The notes beneath the pieces are model-generated. The model was given only the letters and a program-made list of their open reading frames with translations, made no database searches and was not told the DNA's origin. The position numbers and the translations under genes are program-made. A stretch of DNA of 28,174 bases, from the IMG/VR virus record IMGVR_UViG_3300005512_000255, positions 1 to 28,174 of that record; one strand, 5' to 3'. Position 1 is the first letter of the stretch. The number at the start of each line of letters is the position of its first letter. The stretch is from a virus (Duplodnaviria; Caudoviricetes). This document shows, in pieces, positions 10,060 to 18,686 of the stretch.

Positions 10060-11508
10060 TTAAGAAGTTAATAACATAAAGTTGTTAGCACCTTGTGTAA
10101 TTAAACATCTTTCTGATAGGTAGTGAACCTCCATCGCATCTAGGTCAGAGCTAAAGTTTCCTCCAACTGAACCAGTTGTCCAAGATTTCATTTTTCTATC
10201 ATCAGCTTGTGAAGCTCTATATCTAACGTGTAAGAAAGGTCTCTTAATGTTTTTACCAAGAATTTGGTCATAAACAGTAGAAGTACCAGCTGGCACAATT
10301 ACCCCTCTAATATCGTTTTCAATAATACCTCTTGTTGAGCCGTCATTTAAGTATTTCCAGTCAGTTTTGTAAAAGTCATAAGAACCTCTTCTAAATCCTG
10401 AAAACCCTAAGTTAAGCGCCATATCTTCGCTGTTAGAAAATACACCATAAGATGTACCGCCTGAACCATACGAATTTTGTGCTGCTAGCATATCATCAAT
10501 TGCTAATGACACTGATCTATTAATGAATAACATATTTTCTTCAATAGCACCTTGTGCATCGAATTTTTTAAGTATTTCATCAAATGAACCTAAATCATCA
10601 GAAGTTGAAGAACCTGCAATACCTGTTGTAACGTGACCTCTTGCAGTTACAGCTGCAAAAAGACCTTCAGTACCTGCTGTGTCATCAGCTGCTGCAGTTC
10701 CTAATAAAGAATCTACACCACCAGTTGCTTTAGCAAATTCACCTTCAACCATTGCCATTTCAAGGTTATCTTCAAATCTTTGTCTTGTGTCACCTTCAGC
10801 TTTTAAGTACCATAAGTAACCAGTTTGACCTTGTTCTCCTGTTACCTCAACCCAACCAATTTGAGAAGCGTCAGATCCTGATACTTCGTATTTATCTTTA
10901 ATGATAATTGGTTTGTTAGTTAAAGAAGCAAAAGAAGGCTGAACTGAATTAGTCATACCTGCTGTTCCTTTTTTGAATTCAGAACCAAAAACGAAGAAAT
11001 CACAAGTGTTTGCTGCGTTGTCAGTTGCTGTATCAAATCCTGTTACCGCACCAACTGTTGCACCTCCTGAGTAAGGAATAACTGTTAATGTAGTATTGTC
11101 ACTTGCAACCGCAGACACATACGCTTTAATAACAGTTGGAGTAGCTTGATTGTCGCTAAGAACAATAGTTTGTCCAACTCTTACTGCGTGAGTTCCCGCA
11201 TTTGCAATTGTAATTACACCAGCGTCTGTTATTGCTGCGCCTTTGTAGTGTAAATGTAATCTACCTTGCTCTGACCAAACAACTTGATCAGAAGTCATAG
11301 GCATTTCAGCACCTACCATTCTTAAGAAAGAAGCAACTGATCTGTTTCCAAATACTTCTACTTCTTGCTCATATAAATCTGGTAAATACTGCTGAGACCA
11401 ATCATTAGAACCACCTGTAAATGATAGGTAGTTTGATGATAGAGTTTGTTTAACTGGAGCTGGAGTAGAATTTAAACTACCACCAGCTACAGGAGTTACT
11501 GCTGCCAT
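10060..11508 (-). CDS. Major capsid protein
   Basis: 482 aa. QQYLPDLYEQEVEVFGNR, VVWSEQGRLH, NKPIIIKDKYEVSGSD, YLWYLKAE, GTEGLFAA and GFSGFRRGSYDFYKTDWKYLND; follows portal and scaffold and precedes a terminator. Confidence 0.9.
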   Translation of the reverse strand: MAAVTPVAGGSLNSTPAPVKQTLSSNYLSFTGGSNDWSQQYLPDLYEQEVEVFGNRSVASFLRMVGAEMPMTSDQVVWSEQGRLHLHYKGAAITDAGVITIANAGTHAVRVGQTIVLSDNQATPTVIKAYVSAVASDNTTLTVIPYSGGATVGAVTGFDTATDNAANTCDFFVFGSEFKKGTAGMTNSVQPSFASLTNKPIIIKDKYEVSGSDASQIGWVEVTGEQGQTGYLWYLKAEGDTRQRFEDNLEMAMVEGEFAKATGGVDSLLGTAAADDTAGTEGLFAAVTARGHVTTGIAGSSTSDDLGSFDEILKKFDAQGAIEENMLFINRSVSLAIDDMLAAQNSYGSGGTSYGVFSNSEDMALNLGFSGFRRGSYDFYKTDWKYLNDGSTRGIIENDIRGVIVPAGTSTVYDQILGKNIKRPFLHVRYRASQADDRKMKSWTTGSVGGNFSSDLDAMEVHYLSERCLITQGANNFMLLTS

Positions 11509-11532
11509 TTTAATTTATATTTTTAATTATTA

Positions 11533-12741
11533 TTATTTTTTAAGTTTTATACGTAGTTTTGAACTATCGTCACCGGATATTGCTCTTACTTTTATACCAC
11601 CTGATTCAACAACACCTGAACTTGTTTGTCTTGGATCCATATTTATATTTTTGGATTCAGACGAAATTTCTTTTATGGCTTCTGTTTTACCAAGCTGATA
11701 AAAATGATTTGCAATATTATCAGCGTTTTTAGCGGCAAATAATGCTTTATGATAACCATACCCGTCGCTTAGTTTATTATTATCATCGAGGTAACTACCC
11801 ACAATATTCATAATATCCATTTGAGTATTTTTAACATTTTCAACATCTTTAAGATTGTACCTAAATTTTTTATCATTAACTTTGAAATCAAAACCTTTGA
11901 ATTCCTGATTAAAAACTTCATTAGTTTTCATCTTAAATTGATTTGTCGCCTGTGCTTGTTGTTGAGCAATTTCTTGTTGCTCAGTATTGTATCTATTAAA
12001 AAAGTCAATAGCTTTTTGCTGTTCTTTGCTTAAGCTACCATTTATTTTTACTTCTTTATAGTATTTATTTTTTTGTTCCTCAAGATATTTTTTTGCTTCA
12101 GCTATTTGCTCTTTATAAGCAACTTGCTTTCTTTTTATTTCTTTAGGATCATCCATTTCTTCATCATATGAAAATTTATCTTCTATTAAAAAATTTATTT
12201 CCTCTGAATCTAAGTGAGGTTTTGTTTTATTATAATATTCTTTAATAATTTGATTATTATCATATGAAGCATAATCTTTATTTAAATTTACAAAATCTTC
12301 TATTGTACCACCTGTTTCATTCATAAATTGTACTAGATCATGTATATTATCTGGTATATTTACTTCATCGTATTTTTCAACTTCAGGAGTAATTTTTTCT
12401 TCCTTTATTTTTTCTTCCACTTTTTCTTTAGGCTCTTCCTTAGCTTCTTCTTCAATTACTTCTTCTAAAGTCAGCTGATTTTCTTCTTGCTGTACTTCTT
12501 GCAATTCCACTTTGGTTTCTTCCCCTGCTTTTTCATCCGTGCCGCTTCCGCGTAACACGCTTTCATCTGTGCTTTGTTCTTGAACGGCATCTGTTTCTTC
12601 TTTTAAAGGTTTTCTTAAATCTACTTTAGTAATAGTATCATTACCAATATCAGCACCTATTTTTTTAAGTACTTTTGTTTCTTTTTCAGCTACAGATGGA
12701 TTTTCATCTTCTATAACTTTTGCTTTTATTTCTTCTGACAT
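11533..12741 (-). CDS. Putative capsid scaffolding/assembly protein
   Basis: 402 aa. Highly acidic low-complexity N-terminus and coiled-coil core (LVQFMNETGGTIEDF, YHKALFAAKNAD.IANHFY); lies between portal and MCP. Confidence 0.7.
   Translation of the reverse strand: MSEEIKAKVIEDENPSVAEKETKVLKKIGADIGNDTITKVDLRKPLKEETDAVQEQSTDESVLRGSGTDEKAGEETKVELQEVQQEENQLTLEEVIEEEAKEEPKEKVEEKIKEEKITPEVEKYDEVNIPDNIHDLVQFMNETGGTIEDFVNLNKDYASYDNNQIIKEYYNKTKPHLDSEEINFLIEDKFSYDEEMDDPKEIKRKQVAYKEQIAEAKKYLEEQKNKYYKEVKINGSLSKEQQKAIDFFNRYNTEQQEIAQQQAQATNQFKMKTNEVFNQEFKGFDFKVNDKKFRYNLKDVENVKNTQMDIMNIVGSYLDDNNKLSDGYGYHKALFAAKNADNIANHFYQLGKTEAIKEISSESKNINMDPRQTSSGVVESGGIKVRAISGDDSSKLRIKLKK
12471..12590 (-). CDS. Putative overprinted 39-aa basic peptide in the +1 frame of the scaffold gene
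   Basis: ATG 12590 to TGA 12473-12471: MPFKNKAQMKACYAEAARMKKQGKKPKWNCKKYSKKKIS. GC is about 46% over 12481-12600 versus about 25% over 12601-12720. A-rich upstream context. Confidence 0.55.
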   Translation of the reverse strand: MPFKNKAQMKACYAEAARMKKQGKKPKWNCKKYSKKKIS

Positions 12742-12782
12742 AATATAATATAATTAATTAACTTTATTTAAGGTCAAAGTTT

Positions 12783-15206
12783 TTACCTTGGTTCAAATTG
12801 TTCTAAACCAAATCCGCCTAACGTATCAAATCCTGATGATTCAAAATCTTTTGGAGGCGTATTATTTTTTCTTTGTTCTATAAGCTCGGACTGTTGAGAA
12901 GCTTGGATTTTAGTCCTTTTATCTTTTCTGTCTTCACGGTACTTTTCTTTATCATTAATTACTCGTAAATCCATTTCTTTAAGCTTTACGTTTAGCTGAA
13001 ACTCATGCAACATAAGCTCTTTTTTAATTGCAGCTTCTCTTTCTAATTTTTGTATATCAAACTGAACTTGAGCTTGATTCATTTTAACTTTATTTTCAGT
13101 TAAAATAGTATTTTTTTGAATATCTACTGCTGCTGCTGCTTCAGCTGCTTTTGCGTTTGATTCAGATTGTAACTCTATATTCCTTGCTGATATAGCTTGA
13201 TCTTGTTCTAATTTTTTTCTTCTTCTTACTTTTAATAATTCATTAGCAAGCTTTAGATTTTTTACATTTCTAATATCAATTGCATCTTCTAAATTTATTT
13301 GATCTTTTTGTAATGATGCTTGTATATTATTTTCAAGAAGTTGTTTTTCTTCTTCATCAGGAGTTAGCTCTAAAAATATACCAAAATCATGAAGATGTAA
13401 CTCCGCTACTTCTTTTAAATTAGCTACATTAAATCTCCCTAATGAATTTATAAATGAATTGTTTGTATTTCCATATTCTAATACATCTGATATTCTTAAA
13501 GAAATAGCTTCTGCTGTTTTAAGAGTAAGGTATAATCCACCTTGTAAAACATGCCTTGTTGCTGTATTTGAATTTGCTGCTGCAATTTTTTGTAATCCCA
13601 CTAATGCATTTTTATCAGGTGCTGAGCCATCTCTTGCTTCATTTAAACCTGTTACATCCCGCATATTTTGTAAATAATAATTGTATGCAGTAATTAATGA
13701 ATTAATTTTTGCTCCTCCACTATTTGTTTGTAGCTCTTGTATTGGCACTCTTCCATTATTAAATTCACCATCTTGAGTCATTGATCTACCAATAACAGAA
13801 CCTGTTTGGAAATACATATTTAACGCTTCTTGTGGGTTGTAATTTGTTCCATTACCTAAATCTACTTCCGCTATACCATCTGCATCTAAAAATACACCGT
13901 CTGGAACCATTCTAGCTAATACTTGTTGTAGCTTTAAATGCGTTAATTGAATCATATCAGCAAATGTTGTCATTCTACTAACAAGCGATTCTAATCTCCC
14001 TTTATATACTCTAGGTGCTACAATATTATATGACATTTCAACTTTTGTAGTATCAGACTTAGGCCTTGTCATATTTTCAGCAAGCTTCCATTCTAATAAA
14101 TTTTGGCTGCCTATTATTTTTGCACCAGTATATAAAACTTCAATTGCTCTATTTACTTTTTCAAATCTAGCTCTTTGATCTGCAGGAGGATTAAAACTGT
14201 CATCTTTTTTAATTGCTTTTTTACCGCCTGATACAGTATCTTTAATTTTATAAATTTGATTTTTGTAAGTTTTATATTCAAAATATAATACATACACAAA
14301 TCCTTCATCATCGCCGTCTATTGCACCATATGATTTATTATATAATAAATGACCCGATCCTAATCCATTTTTTTCTATCGTAGCAATTTCGTCATCTGTA
14401 ATATTAGGATATTGTTTTTTAAGTTCAACAATGCTTATTTTTTTAATTTCACCCACATAATATAAATCATCAAAATATGGAGATTCTGTAAAAGAATAAA
14501 CAATATCAGCAGGATCAACATAATTAATTTTAATTCCTTCTGATTTATTAAAACCGTTTCTTACACAAGCCATTCCAATAACAGCTATATCGTAATCAAG
14601 TCTTTTCTTTATTAATTCATACTTGTTTTTGTCTAAAACATTATTAATAGCTTCTTCTTGAGCAATTTCAATACCTTGCTTATATTCCATTTGCATGTGA
14701 ACACCCAGTTCATTTTCATCCATTGGAAGCTTTGTAGGGTCTGTTTTAAAAGTATCAATACCTAAAGTACCTTTTATTTCTTCAATGTATTCTTTAGCCT
14801 GCATATCTCTTAAAATATTATCCATATAATCTGTTCTTTTCTTAACAGAAGACGGATCTTGAGAATATGCTTTTATATCATACATTCTTTCAGCAATACC
14901 ATTTACTACTATATCTACAAATTTTGGTATAATAGGTACAGGTTTCCAATCTAAATTTAAATAAGATAAATCACCATTTATAGATAATTCATCTTTATAT
15001 TTTTGTATTGACTGCTCTCCTCTTGCATAAAGTCTTAACCTATGAAAATTTTCTCTATTTGATTGATATCTTGATGTACCAGAATCTCTTTTAAACCATT
15101 CTGATTCAATAGCTATTCCAACTTTAGTTCCATACTCTAAACTTGCTTTTTCTGCGTCAGATACTGCTTGACTCGGAAATAATCCTGTTGGGTGTGTTTT
15201 TGCCAT
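12783..15206 (-). CDS. Portal protein
   Basis: 807 aa directly after terL. RLRLYARGEQS, DLSYLNLDWKPVPIIPKFVDIVVNG, RDVTGLNEARDGS and a coiled-coil C-terminal barrel. Confidence 0.88.
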   Translation of the reverse strand: MAKTHPTGLFPSQAVSDAEKASLEYGTKVGIAIESEWFKRDSGTSRYQSNRENFHRLRLYARGEQSIQKYKDELSINGDLSYLNLDWKPVPIIPKFVDIVVNGIAERMYDIKAYSQDPSSVKKRTDYMDNILRDMQAKEYIEEIKGTLGIDTFKTDPTKLPMDENELGVHMQMEYKQGIEIAQEEAINNVLDKNKYELIKKRLDYDIAVIGMACVRNGFNKSEGIKINYVDPADIVYSFTESPYFDDLYYVGEIKKISIVELKKQYPNITDDEIATIEKNGLGSGHLLYNKSYGAIDGDDEGFVYVLYFEYKTYKNQIYKIKDTVSGGKKAIKKDDSFNPPADQRARFEKVNRAIEVLYTGAKIIGSQNLLEWKLAENMTRPKSDTTKVEMSYNIVAPRVYKGRLESLVSRMTTFADMIQLTHLKLQQVLARMVPDGVFLDADGIAEVDLGNGTNYNPQEALNMYFQTGSVIGRSMTQDGEFNNGRVPIQELQTNSGGAKINSLITAYNYYLQNMRDVTGLNEARDGSAPDKNALVGLQKIAAANSNTATRHVLQGGLYLTLKTAEAISLRISDVLEYGNTNNSFINSLGRFNVANLKEVAELHLHDFGIFLELTPDEEEKQLLENNIQASLQKDQINLEDAIDIRNVKNLKLANELLKVRRRKKLEQDQAISARNIELQSESNAKAAEAAAAVDIQKNTILTENKVKMNQAQVQFDIQKLEREAAIKKELMLHEFQLNVKLKEMDLRVINDKEKYREDRKDKRTKIQASQQSELIEQRKNNTPPKDFESSGFDTLGGFGLEQFEPR

Positions 15207-17417
15207 TTACTTTAATATTTTGGATATTATTCCTTTATTATTATATTTTTTAAAACCAAATTCTAATTTTTTAGTTGTTCTTTGCCCTGTTGGCGCATAC
15301 ATATTTTTGTTGCAAGCCATTATTGCTAAACCTGAGCTAATAGCTGCATCATATTTTGTTCTTTTGTTTATATCAAAACCAGCCCAATCATTTAATGTTT
15401 TATTAAAATATAAATCACCATATGAACCATCTTCTTTTAATCCTACATATTTATCAATATATGATTCAATTGCAGCTGCATGTGCTTGTCTAATATCTTC
15501 AGATGAGTTTGGTATTCCACCTATCTCTCTTTCTGCTACAGATAATTTATTATAAAGTTTATCAGGTCTATTCATTGAATAACCTCTATACCCTCTTCTT
15601 TTTAAATAATATAGAAGTCTTGGTTTGTTGTTTTCTGCAAGAAGCGGCATGCCATAAAAAACTAATGACATCAAAACATCTTCAAAAAACATTTCTGCAG
15701 TTTGTGGTCTTGAAATGTATTCTAAAAAAAAGCTATTAGACGGCGCTTCGTCTAAACTAAATTTTGTTAATCCATGCAATGACCCCTTTGAACCTTTTCC
15801 GTCAGTTGTACCTGATATATCATAAGAGTCACATCCAAAAGCGCCTATATGCTCATTAGCAGGATATTTTAAACCATTTTTTAATATCATCCTATTCTGC
15901 ATATGCACAGGTGGGACCCAGGTTATATTAAATCTTCCATTATTATTTGGCAGAAACAATACTTTTGTATCTTTAACGCCGTGTTCCCATGAAAAATTAC
16001 CTCTAGCTATAAATTTATTTTGATTAATATCAGTATTATAATCTATTTGTTCGTATATTTTTTGTAAATTAAATATACTATTTTTTGTTTCATCCCTAAA
16101 TGCATGTTCTTCTGTACGTGGAAACTGTCTATAAAATTCATTTAAAGCATCTTGATCGTCTCTAAGACCATCTGCTTCATTTTCCCAGTGCTCTATAATT
16201 CCAATATCGATTGGATCCCCGTATGGCCCTTCAACTGGAGCTGCGGGTGTATCGAATACAGGTATTCCATAAGAATCAATGAATCCTTCGTAGTTCCATT
16301 CCATAGGTATGAACAAACTATATAATCCCGAACTAGTCTGTCCATTTCTGTTTCTTTTTGTAACGTCTGAGCCATTATATAATTTTTTAAAGTTATCTCC
16401 ACCTTTATCTAAGGTGTTTGAAGTAGATCCCATCATACATTTACCTATTATTCTACTTCCTAATCTCAGCGTTGTTTTTGTTACACGCCAGTTGTTTAAA
16501 ATATTATCTGGTCTTTCCCATTTACCAGACTCATCGTGTACTAATAATTTTAATTTCTCACCATCATACGAGTTATCACCTGTGTTTTTCCAATCTATTG
16601 TTGTATCGAGCCCTTCAAGCGCTTCTCTTTGATCGGTGCTGGTGATAGACTTCCTTGTGAGTTTGGACGCGGGTACTCTATATGCGAGTTCGGTTTTGGG
16701 TCTATCCATTCCGTCTTGTATTGGTTTGAAGAAGAATGGGTAGTGTACAGATATTGGGACGACCTTATCTGTAAACATCTTCTTTGCATCAGCACCAGTC
16801 TTTGATAATATTCCGAATCTAGCATCGGAACTGATAGTAGCTTGGTTAACTGTTTCTGCGGACGACATGAAACTAAATCCAGACCGTCTATTTTTGAGGT
16901 AGCATATTCCATAGCATCTTTTATCTGCCTTGCATGCCTCCCAGAATATGAAGAATAATCTGTTTGCTTCTCTAAACTCTGGTTGCCCAACATCAATTTT
17001 GGACCACTGCAGGTACATATAATGAGAGCCAGTAATATAAGTGCCACAACCTTTGTTGCGAAACCAAAAGCCTTCTTCGCGTCTGGTAAATTCTCTATCA
17101 ATGTATGCATGCCACTTTTCTTTAAATTCAGCTGGATACGCTTGCCAGTTGAATATGGTTTTAATGTTTCTTAATTCTTTTGGGTATTCTTCAGGTGTCC
17201 ACTTATCATATTTGCTATACACGTTTTCTTCAAGCGGCAAAGCAATCTTTAGATTTTGTATTTCATATATATCACCTATTTTACCTGATTTGCTAATAAC
17301 AACTACATCGTGTTCTGCATTATACCCATACTTCCAAGCTTTCTTTTTATTCAGTCTATGTATTGTTGTTCGCTTAATTGGTTCAACAATTTTATATAAA
17401 GTTTGTTGATAACTCAT
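15207..17417 (-). CDS. terL: Terminase large subunit
   Basis: 736 aa. Walker A-type LKNRRSGFS, Walker B LLVHDESGKW, coupling motif MMGSTSN, RQFPRTEEHAF, nuclease motifs FGCDSYD and YDAAISSGLA. Confidence 0.95.
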   Translation of the reverse strand: MSYQQTLYKIVEPIKRTTIHRLNKKKAWKYGYNAEHDVVVISKSGKIGDIYEIQNLKIALPLEENVYSKYDKWTPEEYPKELRNIKTIFNWQAYPAEFKEKWHAYIDREFTRREEGFWFRNKGCGTYITGSHYMYLQWSKIDVGQPEFREANRLFFIFWEACKADKRCYGICYLKNRRSGFSFMSSAETVNQATISSDARFGILSKTGADAKKMFTDKVVPISVHYPFFFKPIQDGMDRPKTELAYRVPASKLTRKSITSTDQREALEGLDTTIDWKNTGDNSYDGEKLKLLVHDESGKWERPDNILNNWRVTKTTLRLGSRIIGKCMMGSTSNTLDKGGDNFKKLYNGSDVTKRNRNGQTSSGLYSLFIPMEWNYEGFIDSYGIPVFDTPAAPVEGPYGDPIDIGIIEHWENEADGLRDDQDALNEFYRQFPRTEEHAFRDETKNSIFNLQKIYEQIDYNTDINQNKFIARGNFSWEHGVKDTKVLFLPNNNGRFNITWVPPVHMQNRMILKNGLKYPANEHIGAFGCDSYDISGTTDGKGSKGSLHGLTKFSLDEAPSNSFFLEYISRPQTAEMFFEDVLMSLVFYGMPLLAENNKPRLLYYLKRRGYRGYSMNRPDKLYNKLSVAEREIGGIPNSSEDIRQAHAAAIESYIDKYVGLKEDGSYGDLYFNKTLNDWAGFDINKRTKYDAAISSGLAIMACNKNMYAPTGQRTTKKLEFGFKKYNNKGIISKILK
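16193..16375 (-). CDS. Putative overprinted 60-aa protein in the +1 frame of terL
   Basis: ATG 16375 preceded by TTTAAAAAATTATATA. MAQTLQKETEMDRLVRDYIVCSYLWNG...ILEL, ending in TAG. GC about 41% over 16201-16380 versus about 31% over 16381-16560. Confidence 0.4.
   Translation of the reverse strand: MAQTLQKETEMDRLVRDYIVCSYLWNGTTKDSLILMEYLYSIHPQLQLKGHTGIQSILEL
16595..17110 (-). CDS. Putative overprinted 171-aa membrane-anchored or lipoprotein-like protein in the +1 frame of terL
   Basis: 171 stop-free codons. N-terminal KK..K followed by VVALILLALII-CTC. GC about 42% versus about 30% elsewhere in terL. Stop-avoiding CTC/GTC/ATC codons in the terL frame. Confidence 0.55.
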   Translation of the reverse strand: MHTLIENLPDAKKAFGFATKVVALILLALIICTCSGPKLMLGNQSLEKQTDYSSYSGRHARQIKDAMEYATSKIDGLDLVSCRPQKQLTKLLSVPMLDSEYYQRLVLMQRRCLQIRSSQYLYTTHSSSNQYKTEWIDPKPNSHIEYPRPNSQGSLSPAPIKEKRLKGSIQQ

Positions 17418-17689
17418 TATCTAGACCTTTTTTCTGCAAAACCACTAAAAGCTTCTTTCTTATCTTCTATTGGTTTATTATTTAACATAGCTTCTTCAGC
17501 TTGTATTCTATTTAATATTTCAAATGCATCAAATATAGCTAGCTTTTTTGTAGCCGCTGCATTTTTTAATCTATCAGCTGAAACGTCATCATCAGTCTCA
17601 ACTATAGGTTCTTTAGCAACTTTAACAAGTTCGTCAACTGCTCTATACCCAGCTTGGATTATACTCTGCTTCTTCTTTTTTATATCCAT
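17417..17689 (-). CDS. Putative terminase small subunit
   Basis: 90-aa helical protein (ADRLKNAAATKKLAIFDAFEILNRI) whose stop overlaps the terL start (TAATG). Function inferred from position. Confidence 0.5.
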   Translation of the reverse strand: MDIKKKKQSIIQAGYRAVDELVKVAKEPIVETDDDVSADRLKNAAATKKLAIFDAFEILNRIQAEEAMLNNKPIEDKKEAFSGFAEKRSR

Positions 17690-18230
17690 AATTAATAGAT
17701 ATTTCTTTTGTCATTATTCTATATAGCTTTTCATCGTTTATAATAAACTCATATTCACTATAAGGAGTAAATCCGATTTTTTGATTTAATTTAACAATAT
17801 TTGAATTATCTGTATATTTTACAATCCCTGTTAATGGTTTTTCTTTATCAGTAGAAAATTGATCTTGATTAAGCAATGGTTTTACAAAACAAAATCCTTC
17901 GCTTGCTTTCCAATCTTCTTTATACTTATATAAAAATATTTGATCAGGTTCGCAAAAATATAAATTATTTTTAAAATAGCTTTTGCTATTTCTTTCAATA
18001 CCCCTAACATCATGCCATCTTCTAAATATATTATGATGCACAATAATAGTATCCCCTTTCTTAATATTTGTATTACATATAATAGGTGTTTCGCAAACTA
18101 TAGCTTCTCTGCTTATAAATTTGTGATCAGATATATCCGTGTTTAAAATTAATTCTGTATCACCTATTTTTTTCTTATTATTGTATCTATTATTTTTGGG
18201 TTTTATTAAATACGTATATAAGGGTTTCAT
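17643..18230 (-). CDS. GroES-like co-chaperonin with two tandem GroES-like units
   Basis: 195 aa. Unit 1: MKPLYTYLIKP...LIL...AIVCETP...IKKGDTIIV. Unit 2: FCFVKP...GIVKY...VKLNQKIGF..YSEYEFIINDEKLYRIMTKEI. Confidence 0.55.
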   Translation of the reverse strand: MKPLYTYLIKPKNNRYNNKKKIGDTELILNTDISDHKFISREAIVCETPIICNTNIKKGDTIIVHHNIFRRWHDVRGIERNSKSYFKNNLYFCEPDQIFLYKYKEDWKASEGFCFVKPLLNQDQFSTDKEKPLTGIVKYTDNSNIVKLNQKIGFTPYSEYEFIINDEKLYRIMTKEISINYGYKKEEAEYNPSWV

Positions 18231-18451
18231 TAATATTCTAAATTATATTCTACGCTTATAGCCATATTTTTATTAAAACTTTTCCAAGGAAGTATATCGT
18301 TTTTCTTTTTTATATATATAGAATATTTTTCTTTATCTTCTATTATATCGCTTATAATATGCCCGCCATATACTTCTTGCCCAACAGCATAATGCATTGC
18401 GTCAGTTTTGTAATCTTTACCAACACTAATTTTTCTTATCAATTTGCTCAT
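18230..18451 (-). CDS. Small conserved hypothetical phage protein
   Basis: 73 aa, IRKISVGKDYKTDAMHYAVGQEVYGGH; coupled to both neighbours by overlaps. Confidence 0.7.
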   Translation of the reverse strand: MSKLIRKISVGKDYKTDAMHYAVGQEVYGGHIISDIIEDKEKYSIYIKKKNDILPWKSFNKNMAISVEYNLEY

Positions 18452-18686
18452 CTGCTTCTTCTATTTTTTTAATGCTACCATCGTTTACATCAATACTAAC
18501 ACCCCCATAAACTTCTTTAAGAGCTAACTGTAAAGTTTTTAATTCTGTTTTTGCAACATCATAAGATTGTAATACTTTGCTTTTTTCAATCTCTAATGCT
18601 CCTAATTTATATTGAAGATTATTTATATTAATAACTTTAGCTTGAAGGTCTTCAAGCTCTTCTTTTTTAATTTTATTTTTTGCCAT
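18426..18686 (-). CDS. Small coiled-coil hypothetical protein
   Basis: 86 aa with heptad pattern followed by YGGVSIDVNDGSI; A-rich start context. Confidence 0.7.
   Translation of the reverse strand: MAKNKIKKEELEDLQAKVININNLQYKLGALEIEKSKVLQSYDVAKTELKTLQLALKEVYGGVSIDVNDGSIKKIEEADEQIDKKN

Noticed and set aside
16376-16594. Possible fusion of the two terL-embedded ORFs by TAG readthrough or recoding
   Set aside because: An in-frame TAA follows at 16552-16550 and GC returns to about 31% in the gap.
12783-17417. Inteins or introns in terL or portal
   Set aside because: Lengths and motif spacing look uninterrupted; no intein splice motifs or LAGLIDADG blocks seen.
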